Program-made: the position numbers and the translations under genes
Shown here: positions 10,462 through 20,258 of the stretch, one piece after another
How positions within the stretch are numbered: the first letter of the stretch is position 1
Layout of the letters: each line of letters opens with the position of its first letter
Source: an uncultured delta proteobacterium
GTDB taxonomy: Bacteria > Desulfobacterota > BSN033 > UBA1163
Assembly: GCA_963708295.1 (NCBI GenBank)
Contig: CAVPSJ010000007.1
Span: forward strand, 1-64,000
Length of the DNA: 64,000 nt
Direction of reading: 5' to 3'
The notes under the pieces: model-generated
Told to the model about the DNA's origin: nothing
Database searches by the model: none
What the model saw: the letters and a program-made list of their open reading frames with translations, nothing else

Positions 10462-11348
10462 TTGGAAGGCGGAGAGATGCTCCCGGTACGACCTTCCCTA
10501 TCCCACCATCGGTGGAGGAGAGGGCCGAAGATCATACACAGGATGGCCAATGCCATTCCGACCATCAGATCGATCACGTAATGGTACCTCAGGTAGACGG
10601 TGGAGAGAATCAGGGCACAGACGATGGGCAGAAAGAGATAGAAAAGGAACTTCTCATAGCGATGGGCCAGGTATAAGATGATGAGGACGATCTGGGTGTG
10701 GCCGCTGGGCATACAATCACATTTGTTGTGTTCCAGGGCATTCAACGTATCTCTGACAAAGTCGGTGATAAAGCTTCCTTCGAGGGGGACGGAATAGAGA
10801 TGGGCCATGGCGTACCGAGGTCCGACCGCAGGGAAGAGGATATAGCCGATGAATGAAACGTAGTACCCAAAGGCTAGGACAAATACCGACCGATCCAGCT
10901 CTGCTGTGCGGCCCTTTAAATAAAGGACGACGACCAACGCGACCGGGAGGAAATAATAGCTGAGGTAAGCCAAGGACAGGATATCCGTGAGCCAGGGGAC
11001 GATCCACCGCTGCATCCAGAGCGTCGGCTGGACGCCGAAAATCGAAAAATCGATCTGGATCAACCGTGGGTCGATATCCGGCTGGAGGTGCTTGATCAAA
11101 TCACCGAGAGACTCATAGATGACGATGATAAAGAGGATGGGAGAGAAATAATGGAAGAAGTCTCCTGCCTTTCCCATCGCTTTCCGATCCCACGATAGCT
11201 TCAGGACAAAGAGAAGACCCAATAGAATGGCGTACTGGAGGAGCAGAGAATGCCAGCGCGGGATCTGGCCATGGAAGATCAGCGTCAAAATGACCAAACC
11301 GATCAGGAAAAAAAGAGTCAATCCTTGAGTAGGAGCAATTCTTTTCAT
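10458..11348 (-). CDS. PAP2 superfamily membrane protein, Aur1/IPC-synthase-like
   Basis: 'LAYLSYY', 'FPAVGPRY', 'MPSGHT', 'STVYLRYHYVIDL'. Confidence 0.8.
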   Translation of the reverse strand: MKRIAPTQGLTLFFLIGLVILTLIFHGQIPRWHSLLLQYAILLGLLFVLKLSWDRKAMGKAGDFFHYFSPILFIIVIYESLGDLIKHLQPDIDPRLIQIDFSIFGVQPTLWMQRWIVPWLTDILSLAYLSYYFLPVALVVVLYLKGRTAELDRSVFVLAFGYYVSFIGYILFPAVGPRYAMAHLYSVPLEGSFITDFVRDTLNALEHNKCDCMPSGHTQIVLIILYLAHRYEKFLFYLFLPIVCALILSTVYLRYHYVIDLMVGMALAILCMIFGPLLHRWWDREGRTGSISPPSN

Positions 11349-11518
11349 TGAAAGAACTTTATAATACCCTCAAGGAAGAAAAATCAAGATGCCCCTCCCA
11401 GGGACAGTCCGTCAGGTTCCTCAGCCTTAGAATGCCGTCTCACCCGACCCCGCCCCTGACGGGATCCCTTCTTGCAGCGGAAGTGCTTTTTCGTTATTTA
11501 TAAAGAGAGAAAAGGAGA

Positions 11519-13249
11519 ATGGAAATGCGATATTCCCAATATTTACTGCCCACATTGAAAGAGGTTCCTTCTGAAGCAGAGGTTCCCAGCCACCAACTGA
11601 TGCTTCGGGCGGGGATGATCCGGAAGCTGGCCGCGGGTATCTATTCCTATTTACCTTTTGGTCTTCGATCCCTTCGAAAAGTCGAGACGATCATTCGCGA
11701 GGAGATGAACCGAGCCGGTGCCATTGAGGTTCTGCTTCCCTTTGTCCAACCTGCGGAACTGTGGCAGGAGAGTCATCGCTGGGAAGAATATGGAAGTGAG
11801 TTAGCCCGGCTGAAGGACCGACACAACCGGGATTGTTGTCTGGGGCCTACCCATGAAGAAGTCATCACGGATATTGCCCGAAAAGAAATCCGGTCGTATC
11901 GCCAGATGCCGGTTAACCTCTACCAGATCCAAACCAAATTCAGGGACGAGATTCGGCCTCGCTTCGGCGTCATGCGTGCTCGCGAATTCATCATGAAAGA
12001 TGCCTATAGCTTCGATGCCGATGAAAAGGGATTGGACGAAAGCTACCAGAAAATGATCGAGGCTTATACGCGCATCTTCACCCGATGCGGTCTAAGATTC
12101 AGGGCGGTGGAGGCTGAGACAGGCCTGATCGGAGGATCCTTCTCTCACGAATTCATGGTCCTGGCGGAAACAGGAGAGGAAACGATTGTCAGCTGTACCC
12201 GCTGTTCTTATGCAGCCAATATCGAAAAGGCCGAGTTCCGGAGACAAGATCAGAGGGATCAACCTTACGACAAGGCATCTCAAAAACCTGTCCAGAAGGT
12301 CGCGACACCCGAGAAGCGGACCGTAGAAGAAGTCACACAGTTTCTCAACGTCTCACCCAAGGATCTGGTGAAAACGCTCATCTTTGAAAGCGATAAAGGA
12401 TGTGTCGCGGCGCTGGTTCGCGGAGATCACGAGATCAGCGAAAAGAAGCTGAAAGCCGCATGGGGTTCGGAAGTCCTTCAATTAGCCGGTGAAGAGAAGG
12501 TCGAAGAGATCACCCGCGCTCCGAAAGGTTTTGCCGGTCCCCTCGGCCTTTCCGTCCCTATTCTCGCCGACCTGGACATTCACGAGATGGCGAACTTCGT
12601 CACGGGTGCGAACGAGAAGGATGCCCACCTCCTCCATGTCAATACGGACCGGGATTTTCAGGTTTCTCAATTTGTGGACCTCCGAAGATTCGCTCCGGGA
12701 GACCGGTGTCCTCTCTGCGGGGGAGAAACCCGGACGGACAAGGGAATTGAGGTCGGTCACACCTTTAAGCTGGGGACGAAATACAGTAAGACTATGGGAG
12801 CCACGTTCTCGGATGACCAGGGCAAGGAACGGGAGATGATCATGGGGTGCTACGGGATTGGTGTGGGAAGGACGGTGGCCGCCGCCATCGAGCAGTCCTA
12901 TGACCAAAATGGAATCATCTTCCCCATGCCCCTCGCCCCTTTCCAGGTCCTCATCCTCCCGATCAATATCGGCAATGACTTTCTGAAGGAAGCTGCCGAA
13001 CAACTCTATCAAATCCTTTCGGAGAACGGCGTCGAAGTCTTATTCGATGACCGCGAAGAAACCCCTGGAGTCAAATTCAAAGATTCGGATTTGATCGGGA
13101 TCCCGCTGAGGCTAACGTTGGGAGAAAAGAATTTGAAGAAAGGGCTGGTGGAAATCAAGAAGAGGAAGACGGGCGAAGTTTCCCTGGTGAAGAAAGAGGA
13201 AGCCCTATTGAAAATCAAAGAGATGATCGATCACGAGATGGGAAACTGA
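11519..13249 (+). CDS. proS: Proline--tRNA ligase (bacterial type with editing domain)
   Basis: 'LGPTHEE', 'QIQTKFRDEIRPRFGVMRAREFIMKDAYSF', 'MGCYGIGVGR'. Confidence 0.97.
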   Translation: MEMRYSQYLLPTLKEVPSEAEVPSHQLMLRAGMIRKLAAGIYSYLPFGLRSLRKVETIIREEMNRAGAIEVLLPFVQPAELWQESHRWEEYGSELARLKDRHNRDCCLGPTHEEVITDIARKEIRSYRQMPVNLYQIQTKFRDEIRPRFGVMRAREFIMKDAYSFDADEKGLDESYQKMIEAYTRIFTRCGLRFRAVEAETGLIGGSFSHEFMVLAETGEETIVSCTRCSYAANIEKAEFRRQDQRDQPYDKASQKPVQKVATPEKRTVEEVTQFLNVSPKDLVKTLIFESDKGCVAALVRGDHEISEKKLKAAWGSEVLQLAGEEKVEEITRAPKGFAGPLGLSVPILADLDIHEMANFVTGANEKDAHLLHVNTDRDFQVSQFVDLRRFAPGDRCPLCGGETRTDKGIEVGHTFKLGTKYSKTMGATFSDDQGKEREMIMGCYGIGVGRTVAAAIEQSYDQNGIIFPMPLAPFQVLILPINIGNDFLKEAAEQLYQILSENGVEVLFDDREETPGVKFKDSDLIGIPLRLTLGEKNLKKGLVEIKKRKTGEVSLVKKEEALLKIKEMIDHEMGN

Positions 13250-14440
13250 ATGGAATTAACTCCCCCCGGAGAAATTCAAACGAGGATCGAACGTCTTCAA
13301 TCCTTTTTAAAAAGCGCAAAAGTTGAATCCTGTCTCATCCTTCAAGATGTCGACCTCTTCTACTTCTCCGGAACCATCCAACGGTCTTACCTGTATATCC
13401 CGGGCGAGGGGGACCCCCTGCTGATGGTTCAAAAGGACGTTGACCGGGCCCAAAAGGAATCTCCCCTAAAGAACATCGTTCCCATTGAACGGCCCAAAGC
13501 CATTTCATCCATTCTCAAAAAAGAGCGCGGATTGAAACGCATCGGCCTGGAGTGCGATGTCCTGCCGGTGAACCAGCTCAAACAACTGGAGCAAATGTTC
13601 CCTCATTCGGAGTTTGTGGACATCTCAAGAGCAATTAAACAGGTCCGGATGATCAAATCTTCTTACGAAATCGACCAGTTGAGATGTTCCGCAAGAATTC
13701 TTGACGAAGTGTTCGAATATGCGAAGAAAGTCCTAAAACCCGGGATGACCGAAATTGAGGCGGAATCTCGTTTGATTGAATTGGGAAGGATCCGGGGACA
13801 TCAAGGACTGACCCGGATGAGGGCCTGGAACCAGGATATGCTCAATGCCTGCGTGCTATCGGGGAGCTCGGGCAGCGTGCTCACTCATCTGGATGTTTCG
13901 GTCATCGGCCCAGGAATCTCCCCTGCCTTCCCCCAAGGGTCCAGCTTCAATCCGATCGGAAGAGATGTCCCGATTCAAATTGATTTCAGCATCGCCTATA
14001 ACGGTTACATTACCGATGGGGCAAGGACCTATGTGGTCGGAAACCTCCCCCAGAAGCTCAAAAAGGCTTATGAAGTGGCCTTAGAGATCCGGGATGAGAT
14101 GGAAAAGATGGCAAAACCCGGGGTTCCCTGCTCTCAGCTTTACCATCTCTCTTCACAGCTTGTCAAAAAGCGAGGGTTAGAAGAACACTTCATTGGGACA
14201 AGAAAGAACCAGGCTCCCTTTGTGGGACACGGAATCGGTTTGGAAATCGATGAGTTTCCGCTTCTCGCCAAGGGATTTCCTCAACCTTTAGAGAACGGAA
14301 TGGTCTTCGCCTTTGAGCCGAAGTTTATCTTCCCCCAAATCGGCGCAGTGGCCCTGGAGGACGATTACGCAGTGACCGAAGGAGGCGTGGAAAAACTCAC
14401 GAAGGCAGATGATCAGATCATCGTCATTCCTGAATCGTGA
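13250..14440 (+). CDS. M24 family (Xaa-Pro) peptidase
   Basis: Creatinase-N domain; 'YITDGART', 'FVGHGIGLEIDE', 'AFEPK', 'LED'. Confidence 0.88.
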   Translation: MELTPPGEIQTRIERLQSFLKSAKVESCLILQDVDLFYFSGTIQRSYLYIPGEGDPLLMVQKDVDRAQKESPLKNIVPIERPKAISSILKKERGLKRIGLECDVLPVNQLKQLEQMFPHSEFVDISRAIKQVRMIKSSYEIDQLRCSARILDEVFEYAKKVLKPGMTEIEAESRLIELGRIRGHQGLTRMRAWNQDMLNACVLSGSSGSVLTHLDVSVIGPGISPAFPQGSSFNPIGRDVPIQIDFSIAYNGYITDGARTYVVGNLPQKLKKAYEVALEIRDEMEKMAKPGVPCSQLYHLSSQLVKKRGLEEHFIGTRKNQAPFVGHGIGLEIDEFPLLAKGFPQPLENGMVFAFEPKFIFPQIGAVALEDDYAVTEGGVEKLTKADDQIIVIPES

Positions 14441-14444
14441 CTCT

Positions 14445-14714
14445 CTATCCCTCGGGTATCCCTTCCGGCAGCAGCCCGAATCTTTCCTGAATCACCCGAT
14501 TAAACCTCGGCCGATAGATCAACTCAAATGTCTCTTCTTTCCCCGGAAAGAGGCTGCAAGCCGCCCGTTTCACATTCTCCACAATCTCCTCCGCCTCTTC
14601 GAATAAAAGCTCGTCCTGTTGGATCGACAAGATGGAAAAATCGACCAGGAACCGGAGGTAGCGGATCCTCCTGTTTTCTTCTTTGACTTCCTTTTCTTCT
14701 ATCTCCGTCCTCAT
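14445..14714 (-). CDS. Small hypothetical protein
   Basis: SD AGAGGG; protein-like helical sequence 'EENRRIRYLRFLVD...LFPGKEETFELIYRPRFNRVI'. Confidence 0.65.
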   Translation of the reverse strand: MRTEIEEKEVKEENRRIRYLRFLVDFSILSIQQDELLFEEAEEIVENVKRAACSLFPGKEETFELIYRPRFNRVIQERFGLLPEGIPEG

Positions 14715-14994
14715 ATCGTTTGCCCTCTTCTCTCTTTATACCAGGCAGACTACCTCTCTGCAAACCCCGTTGGAAAGTCTTCTATTTTCTGACGTGAAGG
14801 CTCGCAAGGGTCATGAAACCCCCTATTCGATGAAAAAAGAACAACCTTTATCCCGCTGCAAACAGCGGCTTTCTAACGGGGCAAAGATTCTCCTGAAAAT
14901 GATAGGAATCCGGCCTGCGTGGCGTAAATTATTCATTGACAGCACCTTTAGAACATTTATATGATAGGGGACGAAAGTTGAGGGATAGTCACGG

Positions 14995-15711
14995 ATGGCC
15001 GGCGATCCGAAGGAAAAGATCATCTTTGCTCTTGATGTGGACCACTTTACAGAAGCCCAGCGTTGGGTCAATCTCTTGAAGAACCATGTAGGGATATTCA
15101 AAGTAGGAAAGCAACTGTTCACTCACGCCGGACCCAAGGTCATTGACATGATCCGGCAGAAGGGTCAAAAGGTTTTTCTCGACCTTAAGTACCACGATAT
15201 TCCCAACACCGTCGCCAAGGCAGGCGAGGAGGCGACGAAATTGAACGTAGCGATGTTCAACCTCCATGCCCTGGGTGGGTTTGAAATGATGAAGAAGACC
15301 GTAGAAGCCTCCAGGGCTACGGCCAAGAGTACCGGGATTCCAAAACCTCTCATTCTGGCCGTCACCATTCTCACGAGCATGGATGAAGGCGCCCTGAAAG
15401 AAGTGGGGGTTCAAGGTTCGATCCTGGAAGAAGTAGGCCGTCTTGCTTCCTTGGCTTCGAAGGCCGGAATAGACGGGGTCGTCGCCTCTCCGCAAGAAAT
15501 TGGGACGATTCGGGAACGATGCGGAGAAAAATTTCTCATTGTCACGCCAGGTATCCGTGCTCCTTCCGATAAGAAAGATGACCAGAAAAGAACCCTCACT
15601 CCAAAAGAGGCAATCTCCGCGGGGGCGAACTATCTTGTCATCGGCCGACCCATCAGAGAAGCGAAAGACCCCCTTGAAGCCGTTCAAAAGATTATTGAGG
15701 ACATTTCATAA
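14995..15711 (+). CDS. pyrF: Orotidine-5'-phosphate decarboxylase
   Basis: 'IFALD', 'FKVG', 'FLDLKYHDIPNTV', 'VTPGIR', 'VIGRPI'; promoter-like TTGACA-N18-TATGAT at 14936-14965. Confidence 0.97.
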   Translation: MAGDPKEKIIFALDVDHFTEAQRWVNLLKNHVGIFKVGKQLFTHAGPKVIDMIRQKGQKVFLDLKYHDIPNTVAKAGEEATKLNVAMFNLHALGGFEMMKKTVEASRATAKSTGIPKPLILAVTILTSMDEGALKEVGVQGSILEEVGRLASLASKAGIDGVVASPQEIGTIRERCGEKFLIVTPGIRAPSDKKDDQKRTLTPKEAISAGANYLVIGRPIREAKDPLEAVQKIIEDIS

Positions 15712-15884
15712 TCCAAAATTCTAAATTCGAAGCACGAAATTCGAAACAATATCAACTGACCTAAGTTCAAATGTCTCAAGCAAACAAAGCAGTTTAGGAT
15801 TCTTGAATTCGGATTTTGAATTCGTTTCGGATTGGTCCGAGACGGACGCTTCGCCCGATATTCGGAATTTCGGATTTAAAATTC
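15709..15884. repeat. Inverted arms of degenerate 7-nt tandem repeats (AATTCGA type)
   Basis: aatccaa aattcta aattcga agcacga aattcga ... aattcgg attttga ... atattcgg aatttcgg attt, between pyrF and rlmB. Confidence 0.8.
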
Positions 15885-15885
15885 T

Positions 15886-16638
15886 ATGGCCCAGATCATT
15901 TATGGAATTCATCCTCTCCAAGAGGCATTAAGGTCGTCTCATCTCCAAATTGAAAAGATTCTGATCGGAACGCAAACCCCTCGTTCACCTCTCCAATCGA
16001 TCCTCGATTTGGCCAAGACGAGAAATATTCCTGTGGCGTTCACCACCCAGGAATCCCTCGAGCGAATGACAAAGGGTGGGGTTCATCAGAACGTCGTGGG
16101 CTTCGTCAAGGAAACTCCTTTTGTGGCTGTCGAAGAAATGCTGTCTCATTGGAAAAAACAAGGGACCCAAGCCCTTTTTCTCATCCTCGACGGGATCCAG
16201 GACCCGCAAAATCTTGGATCCCTGATTCGGACCGGTCTGGGATGTGGAGCCCATGGGATCATTATTCCGAAGGATAGGTCTGTCGGAATCACTCCGGTGG
16301 TCATCAAGGCCTCGGCAGGCGCGGCTGCCCACCTGCCCATTGCCAGGGTGGTCAATATTGCTGCCACGATTGATCTCTTTAAAAAAGAGGGAATCTGGGT
16401 CTACGGCGCCTCAGGAGAAGCCAAGGATTTAATTTACCAACTCGATTTTAATATGGACCTGGCTATCGTGATCGGCGCAGAGGGAAAAGGGATGAGGCCG
16501 CTTGTGAAGAAAAAATGTGATCGGCTCTTCTCGATCCCCATGAAAGGTCCTCTCTCCTCCTTTAACGCCTCGGTCTCCGGGGGAATGATCCTTTATGAAG
16601 TCATGCGGCAACGTTTTCTGGAAGGGAATGGGCGATGA
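15886..16638 (+). CDS. rlmB: 23S rRNA (Gm2251) 2'-O-methyltransferase
   Basis: 'HQNVV', 'LDGIQDPQNLGSLIR', 'KASAGA', 'IGAEGKGMR', 'IPMKG..SSFNASV'. Confidence 0.93.
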   Translation: MAQIIYGIHPLQEALRSSHLQIEKILIGTQTPRSPLQSILDLAKTRNIPVAFTTQESLERMTKGGVHQNVVGFVKETPFVAVEEMLSHWKKQGTQALFLILDGIQDPQNLGSLIRTGLGCGAHGIIIPKDRSVGITPVVIKASAGAAAHLPIARVVNIAATIDLFKKEGIWVYGASGEAKDLIYQLDFNMDLAIVIGAEGKGMRPLVKKKCDRLFSIPMKGPLSSFNASVSGGMILYEVMRQRFLEGNGR

Positions 16639-17105
16639 TTCATATTCAGAGACCCGGCCAAGAACCTTTGGAAATCGATTTTATTCTCATCGGTTTCGAG
16701 GGAACCCTTGCCTCAGACCGCCGAGTTCATCCGAAGGCGAAAGACAAGATCAACCTTCTTTCCAGGCGAAGCAAAATCTACATCCTGACAAAAGAAGAAA
16801 AGGAACGGATGGAAGAGGTTCTGAGAAAAGTCAACGTCGAGATCATCTATTTAACGGAGGGAGAATCTTCCCAAAAGAAATCGGACCTGGTACGCCAGCT
16901 GGGGGCAACCCGGGCGGTGACTGTTGGAAATGGAGTGGATGACGTGCCCATGATGAAGGAGGCCGCTTTCGGCCTCTGTGTCATCGGCAAAGGAGGGGCT
17001 TCCTCAGAGGCCGTCAAGAGTGCAGATGTCATTTTTACGGACATCCTGGATGCCCTCGATTTTTTGTTGAAACCCCTCCGGCAAAAAGCAACTCTCACCA
17101 AATAA
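16635..17105 (+). CDS. HAD family / soluble P-type ATPase-like protein
   Basis: 'FEGTLA', 'VGNGVDD..MM..A..G', 'ADVIF.DILDALD.L..P.R.KATL'. Confidence 0.75.
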   Translation: MIHIQRPGQEPLEIDFILIGFEGTLASDRRVHPKAKDKINLLSRRSKIYILTKEEKERMEEVLRKVNVEIIYLTEGESSQKKSDLVRQLGATRAVTVGNGVDDVPMMKEAAFGLCVIGKGGASSEAVKSADVIFTDILDALDFLLKPLRQKATLTK

Positions 17106-17212
17106 TCAATGCAAAATGCAAAGTTACCATTGAAAAATTATCAATTCTTGAAAAATCTGTTCTTGCAATGGCTAATTGCTAATTTTGCACTGATTAATTT
17201 GCAATGATTTCT
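17103..17212. repeat. Inverted arms of 7-nt tandem repeats (GCAAAAT/ATTTTGC type)
   Basis: aatcaat gcaaaat gcaaagt taccatt gaaaaat ... ttgcaat ggctaat tgctaat tttgcac tgattaa tttgcaa. Confidence 0.75.
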
Positions 17213-17219
17213 TAAAACG

Positions 17220-17516
17220 ATGTTTCCTTATTATTTTATTCGAGTCAGCGGTCCTCTGCTTCTCATCCTGGTCGGATTAAAAATCCTCTCCGGTTATTCC
17301 TTGGTCGGAAGGATCCAAGCCCCCTGGCTTTCAAATCTTCATATCAATAGGACCCTTGACGTCCTCCTACTCTTTGTTTTCATCTTTCATGCCCTTTATG
17401 GACTTCGACTTTTTCTGATCGATCTGGGAATGGCGAAACATGAAAGGATTTTATTCTGGGCGTTCACCCTCTTAAGCGCTGGATCATTTGTCTTCTCTTA
17501 TGTCCTTTTTTTCTGA
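17220..17516 (+). CDS. Succinate dehydrogenase/fumarate reductase cytochrome b membrane subunit
   Basis: 'RVSG..L', 'FHALYGLRLFLID' SdhC/D-like; 3 TM; directly upstream of the flavoprotein gene. Confidence 0.75.
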   Translation: MFPYYFIRVSGPLLLILVGLKILSGYSLVGRIQAPWLSNLHINRTLDVLLLFVFIFHALYGLRLFLIDLGMAKHERILFWAFTLLSAGSFVFSYVLFF

Positions 17517-17628
17517 GAATTTATTAACCCCCCTCATATCCCCTTAATCTAAGGGGGGAATAGAGCAAGGTTACAAGAGGGAGGATCGAAAGGCAGATTG
17601 CGAGGGATTTGAGATTTGAAGGTCTAAA

Positions 17629-19337
17629 ATGGAATTCCTCTCTCACGACATTTTAGTTATCGGCGGAGGTCTAGCAGGGTTGAGAGCCGCCATCGAGGCG
17701 AAGAAATCCGGCCGGGATGTAGCGATCCTTTCTAAAGTCCATCCTCTGAGATCCCACTCCGTGGCTGCCCAGGGAGGAATCAACGCAGCCTTGGGAAACG
17801 CGCCGGCTCCTTCGAAGGATACCTGGGAAAACCACGCCTTCGATACGATCAAGGGAAGCGACTATTTGGCTGATCAAGATGCGGTTGAGGTCATGTGCCG
17901 AGAGGCCCTGGAGTGCGTGGTTGAGATGGAACACTGGGGAACCCTTTTCTCCCGTACGGAAGAAGGAAAGATCGCTCAGAGACCTTTTGGCGGAGCAGGT
18001 TTTCCGCGGGCCTGCTATGCTGCGGACCGGACGGGCCACAATCTCCTGCACACTCTTTATGAACAGGTCATCGGCCTTCAAATTCCTGTCTATGAGGAGT
18101 GGGTTGCCCTTTCGCTCGTTGTAGGGGAAGGACGATGTGTGGGCGTCCTTGGCCTCCACTTTTTCGAAGGGAAGATCATCCCCATTCAGACGAAGGCCGT
18201 GATCCTGGCAACAGGGGGTTATGGCCGAATCTATCTCAGATCCACCAATGCCGTCATCAATACCGGGACGCGGTTGCTTCCTCGCTTATCAAGCCGGCGT
18301 CCCTCTCGAGGATATGGAGTTTGTCCAATTCCATCCGACAAGCCTTTTGGGACGAACATCTTGATGACAGAAGGAGCCAGAGGGAGAAGGAGGATATCTG
18401 GTCAATGCGAAGGGCGAACGATTTATGGAACGATACGCCCCCCATCTCATGGAACTGGGACCTCGGGATATTGTGGCCAGAGGCACTCAGACCGAGATCG
18501 ATCAGGGCCGAGGATTTGAAGGAGGATATGTCCACCTCGATCTTCGACATCTGGGAAGAGAAAAAATCATGGATCGTCTCCCGGGGATTCGCCAGATCGC
18601 CATGGACTTTGCCGGGGTGGACCCTATTTTAGAGCCTATCCCAATCCAGCCAGCCCAGCACTATTCCATGGGAGGAATTCCAACCAATGTGGATGGCGAA
18701 ACGCAACTTCCTGGCCTTTTTGCCGCCGGTGAATGTGCCTGTGTCAGCGTTCATGGAGCTAACCGCCTGGGTGGAAATTCCCTTTTAGAAACCATGGTCT
18801 TTGGAGAACGGACCGGGAGAAAAGCTGCTGAACAGGTGGGGAAGGAAAGTGAGATGCCCCATCACACAATCTTTCAGAATCAATTGAGAGCATTTCAATC
18901 CGGACTTGAAGAAGTCTTTGAACGGAAAACGAGAAGAACCCTGTTTTCTCATTGAGAGATGAGATGAAAGCCTCTGATGACCTCCCAGGTTGGAATCTTT
19001 CGAAAGGAATCAGATCTGCTCTCGGCAAAAGAGAAGATAAAGGAATTGAAGAAAGATTTTTGAAGAGTTGGACTCAAACAGAAAGACCTTGCCTTCAATT
19101 ATGAGTTTATCCAATATCTGGAACTTGGAGGGAATGCTCCATCTAGCGGGCGCAATTGTGGAAGGAGCCCTGGCCCGAAAGGAGAGTCGTGGTTCCCATT
19201 TCAGGGTGGATTATCCCAATCGGGATGATGAGCATTGGCTTCGTCATACCCTGGCCTTTAAAACACCAGAAGGAGTAAAGCTCGATTATAAAGAGGTGAC
19301 CATTACCTCCTATCCTCCGAAAGAAAGAACATATTGA
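17629..19337 (+). CDS. sdhA: Succinate dehydrogenase/fumarate reductase flavoprotein (several frameshifts in this sequence)
   Basis: 'IGGGLAG', '[13 protein letters not shown]', '[10 protein letters not shown]', 'QHYSMGG', '[11 protein letters not shown]', '[10 protein letters not shown]' spread over ORFs 17629, 18425 and 19068. Confidence 0.92.
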
Positions 19338-19338
19338 G

Positions 19339-19420
19339 GAAGTTTTGAGTTTTGAGTTTCTAAATTCTAAATTTCCCAGTCTTGAATTTGAAGTTCACAG
19401 CTTAAAGCCTGAAAGTTGAT
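19339..19420. repeat. 7-nt degenerate tandem repeats between sdhA and sdhB
   Basis: gagtttt gagtttc taaattc taaattt ... cacagct taaagcc tgaaagt. Confidence 0.6.
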
Positions 19421-19432
19421 AAGTGGAACCTA

Positions 19433-20195
19433 ATGAAGTCCAGTCTTCTAACCTTGAGTATTAAACGGTTCCATAAGGAGAGGGATCCCCAGCAGTGGAT
19501 CGAAACCTTTCAGGTGGAGATTAGAAAAGGAATGAATCTCCTGGAGGCGTTATTGCGCATTCAAGATGAGCAAGATGGGACGCTCTCCTTGCGTTATTCC
19601 TGTCGGGGAGCCGTATGTGGCTCTTGTGCCATGCGGGTCAATGGCAAAGATGTCCTGGCCTGCCGAACCCGTGTCGAAGACCTCCTGGAAAAACCTGCCC
19701 TGATTGAACCCCTCCCTCTTTTTCCAGTGATTCGAGACCTTATCGTAGATCTGTCCGTTTTTTTTGATCATTATCGAAAAATTGAGACCTACCCTCCAGG
19801 GAATGCCCGTCTCCCCACACGTGGAATATTTGATGAAAGAAGAAAAACGTAAGGAGGTCGATCCCTATATCAACTGCATCCTCTGCGGCATCTGCTTCGG
19901 AACTTGTCCTGCTTTTGAAAAGGACTCCGCATTCTTAGGGCCTGCCATGCTGGCCAAGGCTTATCGTTTTCTGGCTGATCCAAGGGACAGAAGACAGGAA
20001 GAAATTTTGAAGGCGGTAAATACCCAGCAAGGTGTGTGGGGTTGTAAGACCGTTTTTAATTGCGTGAAAGTTTGTCCGAAAGAGGTCCCTCCCACTCATG
20101 GTATTGTCAAAATGAGAAGTAAGATCCTGCGATATAGACTTGCTTCAATCGTCTCCCGTCTATCGTCTCTATTCCGATCAAGCCAACCTACCTAA
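19433..20195 (+). CDS. sdhB: Succinate dehydrogenase/fumarate reductase Fe-S subunit (one frameshift near 19790)
   Basis: 'SCRGAVCGSCAM..NG...LAC', 'CILCGICFGTCP', 'CKTVFNCVKVCP'. Confidence 0.92.
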
Positions 20196-20258
20196 GGTTG
20201 TTTATCCTTGTTTCTCCTTCTTCTCCTCCTTCACCGCGTCTCCCCGTCTCCCATTTCC

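Noticed and set aside
15709-15884. CRISPR-like array
   Set aside because: Units are 7 nt with no unique spacers, and there are no cas genes; the same applies to the other short-repeat tracts.
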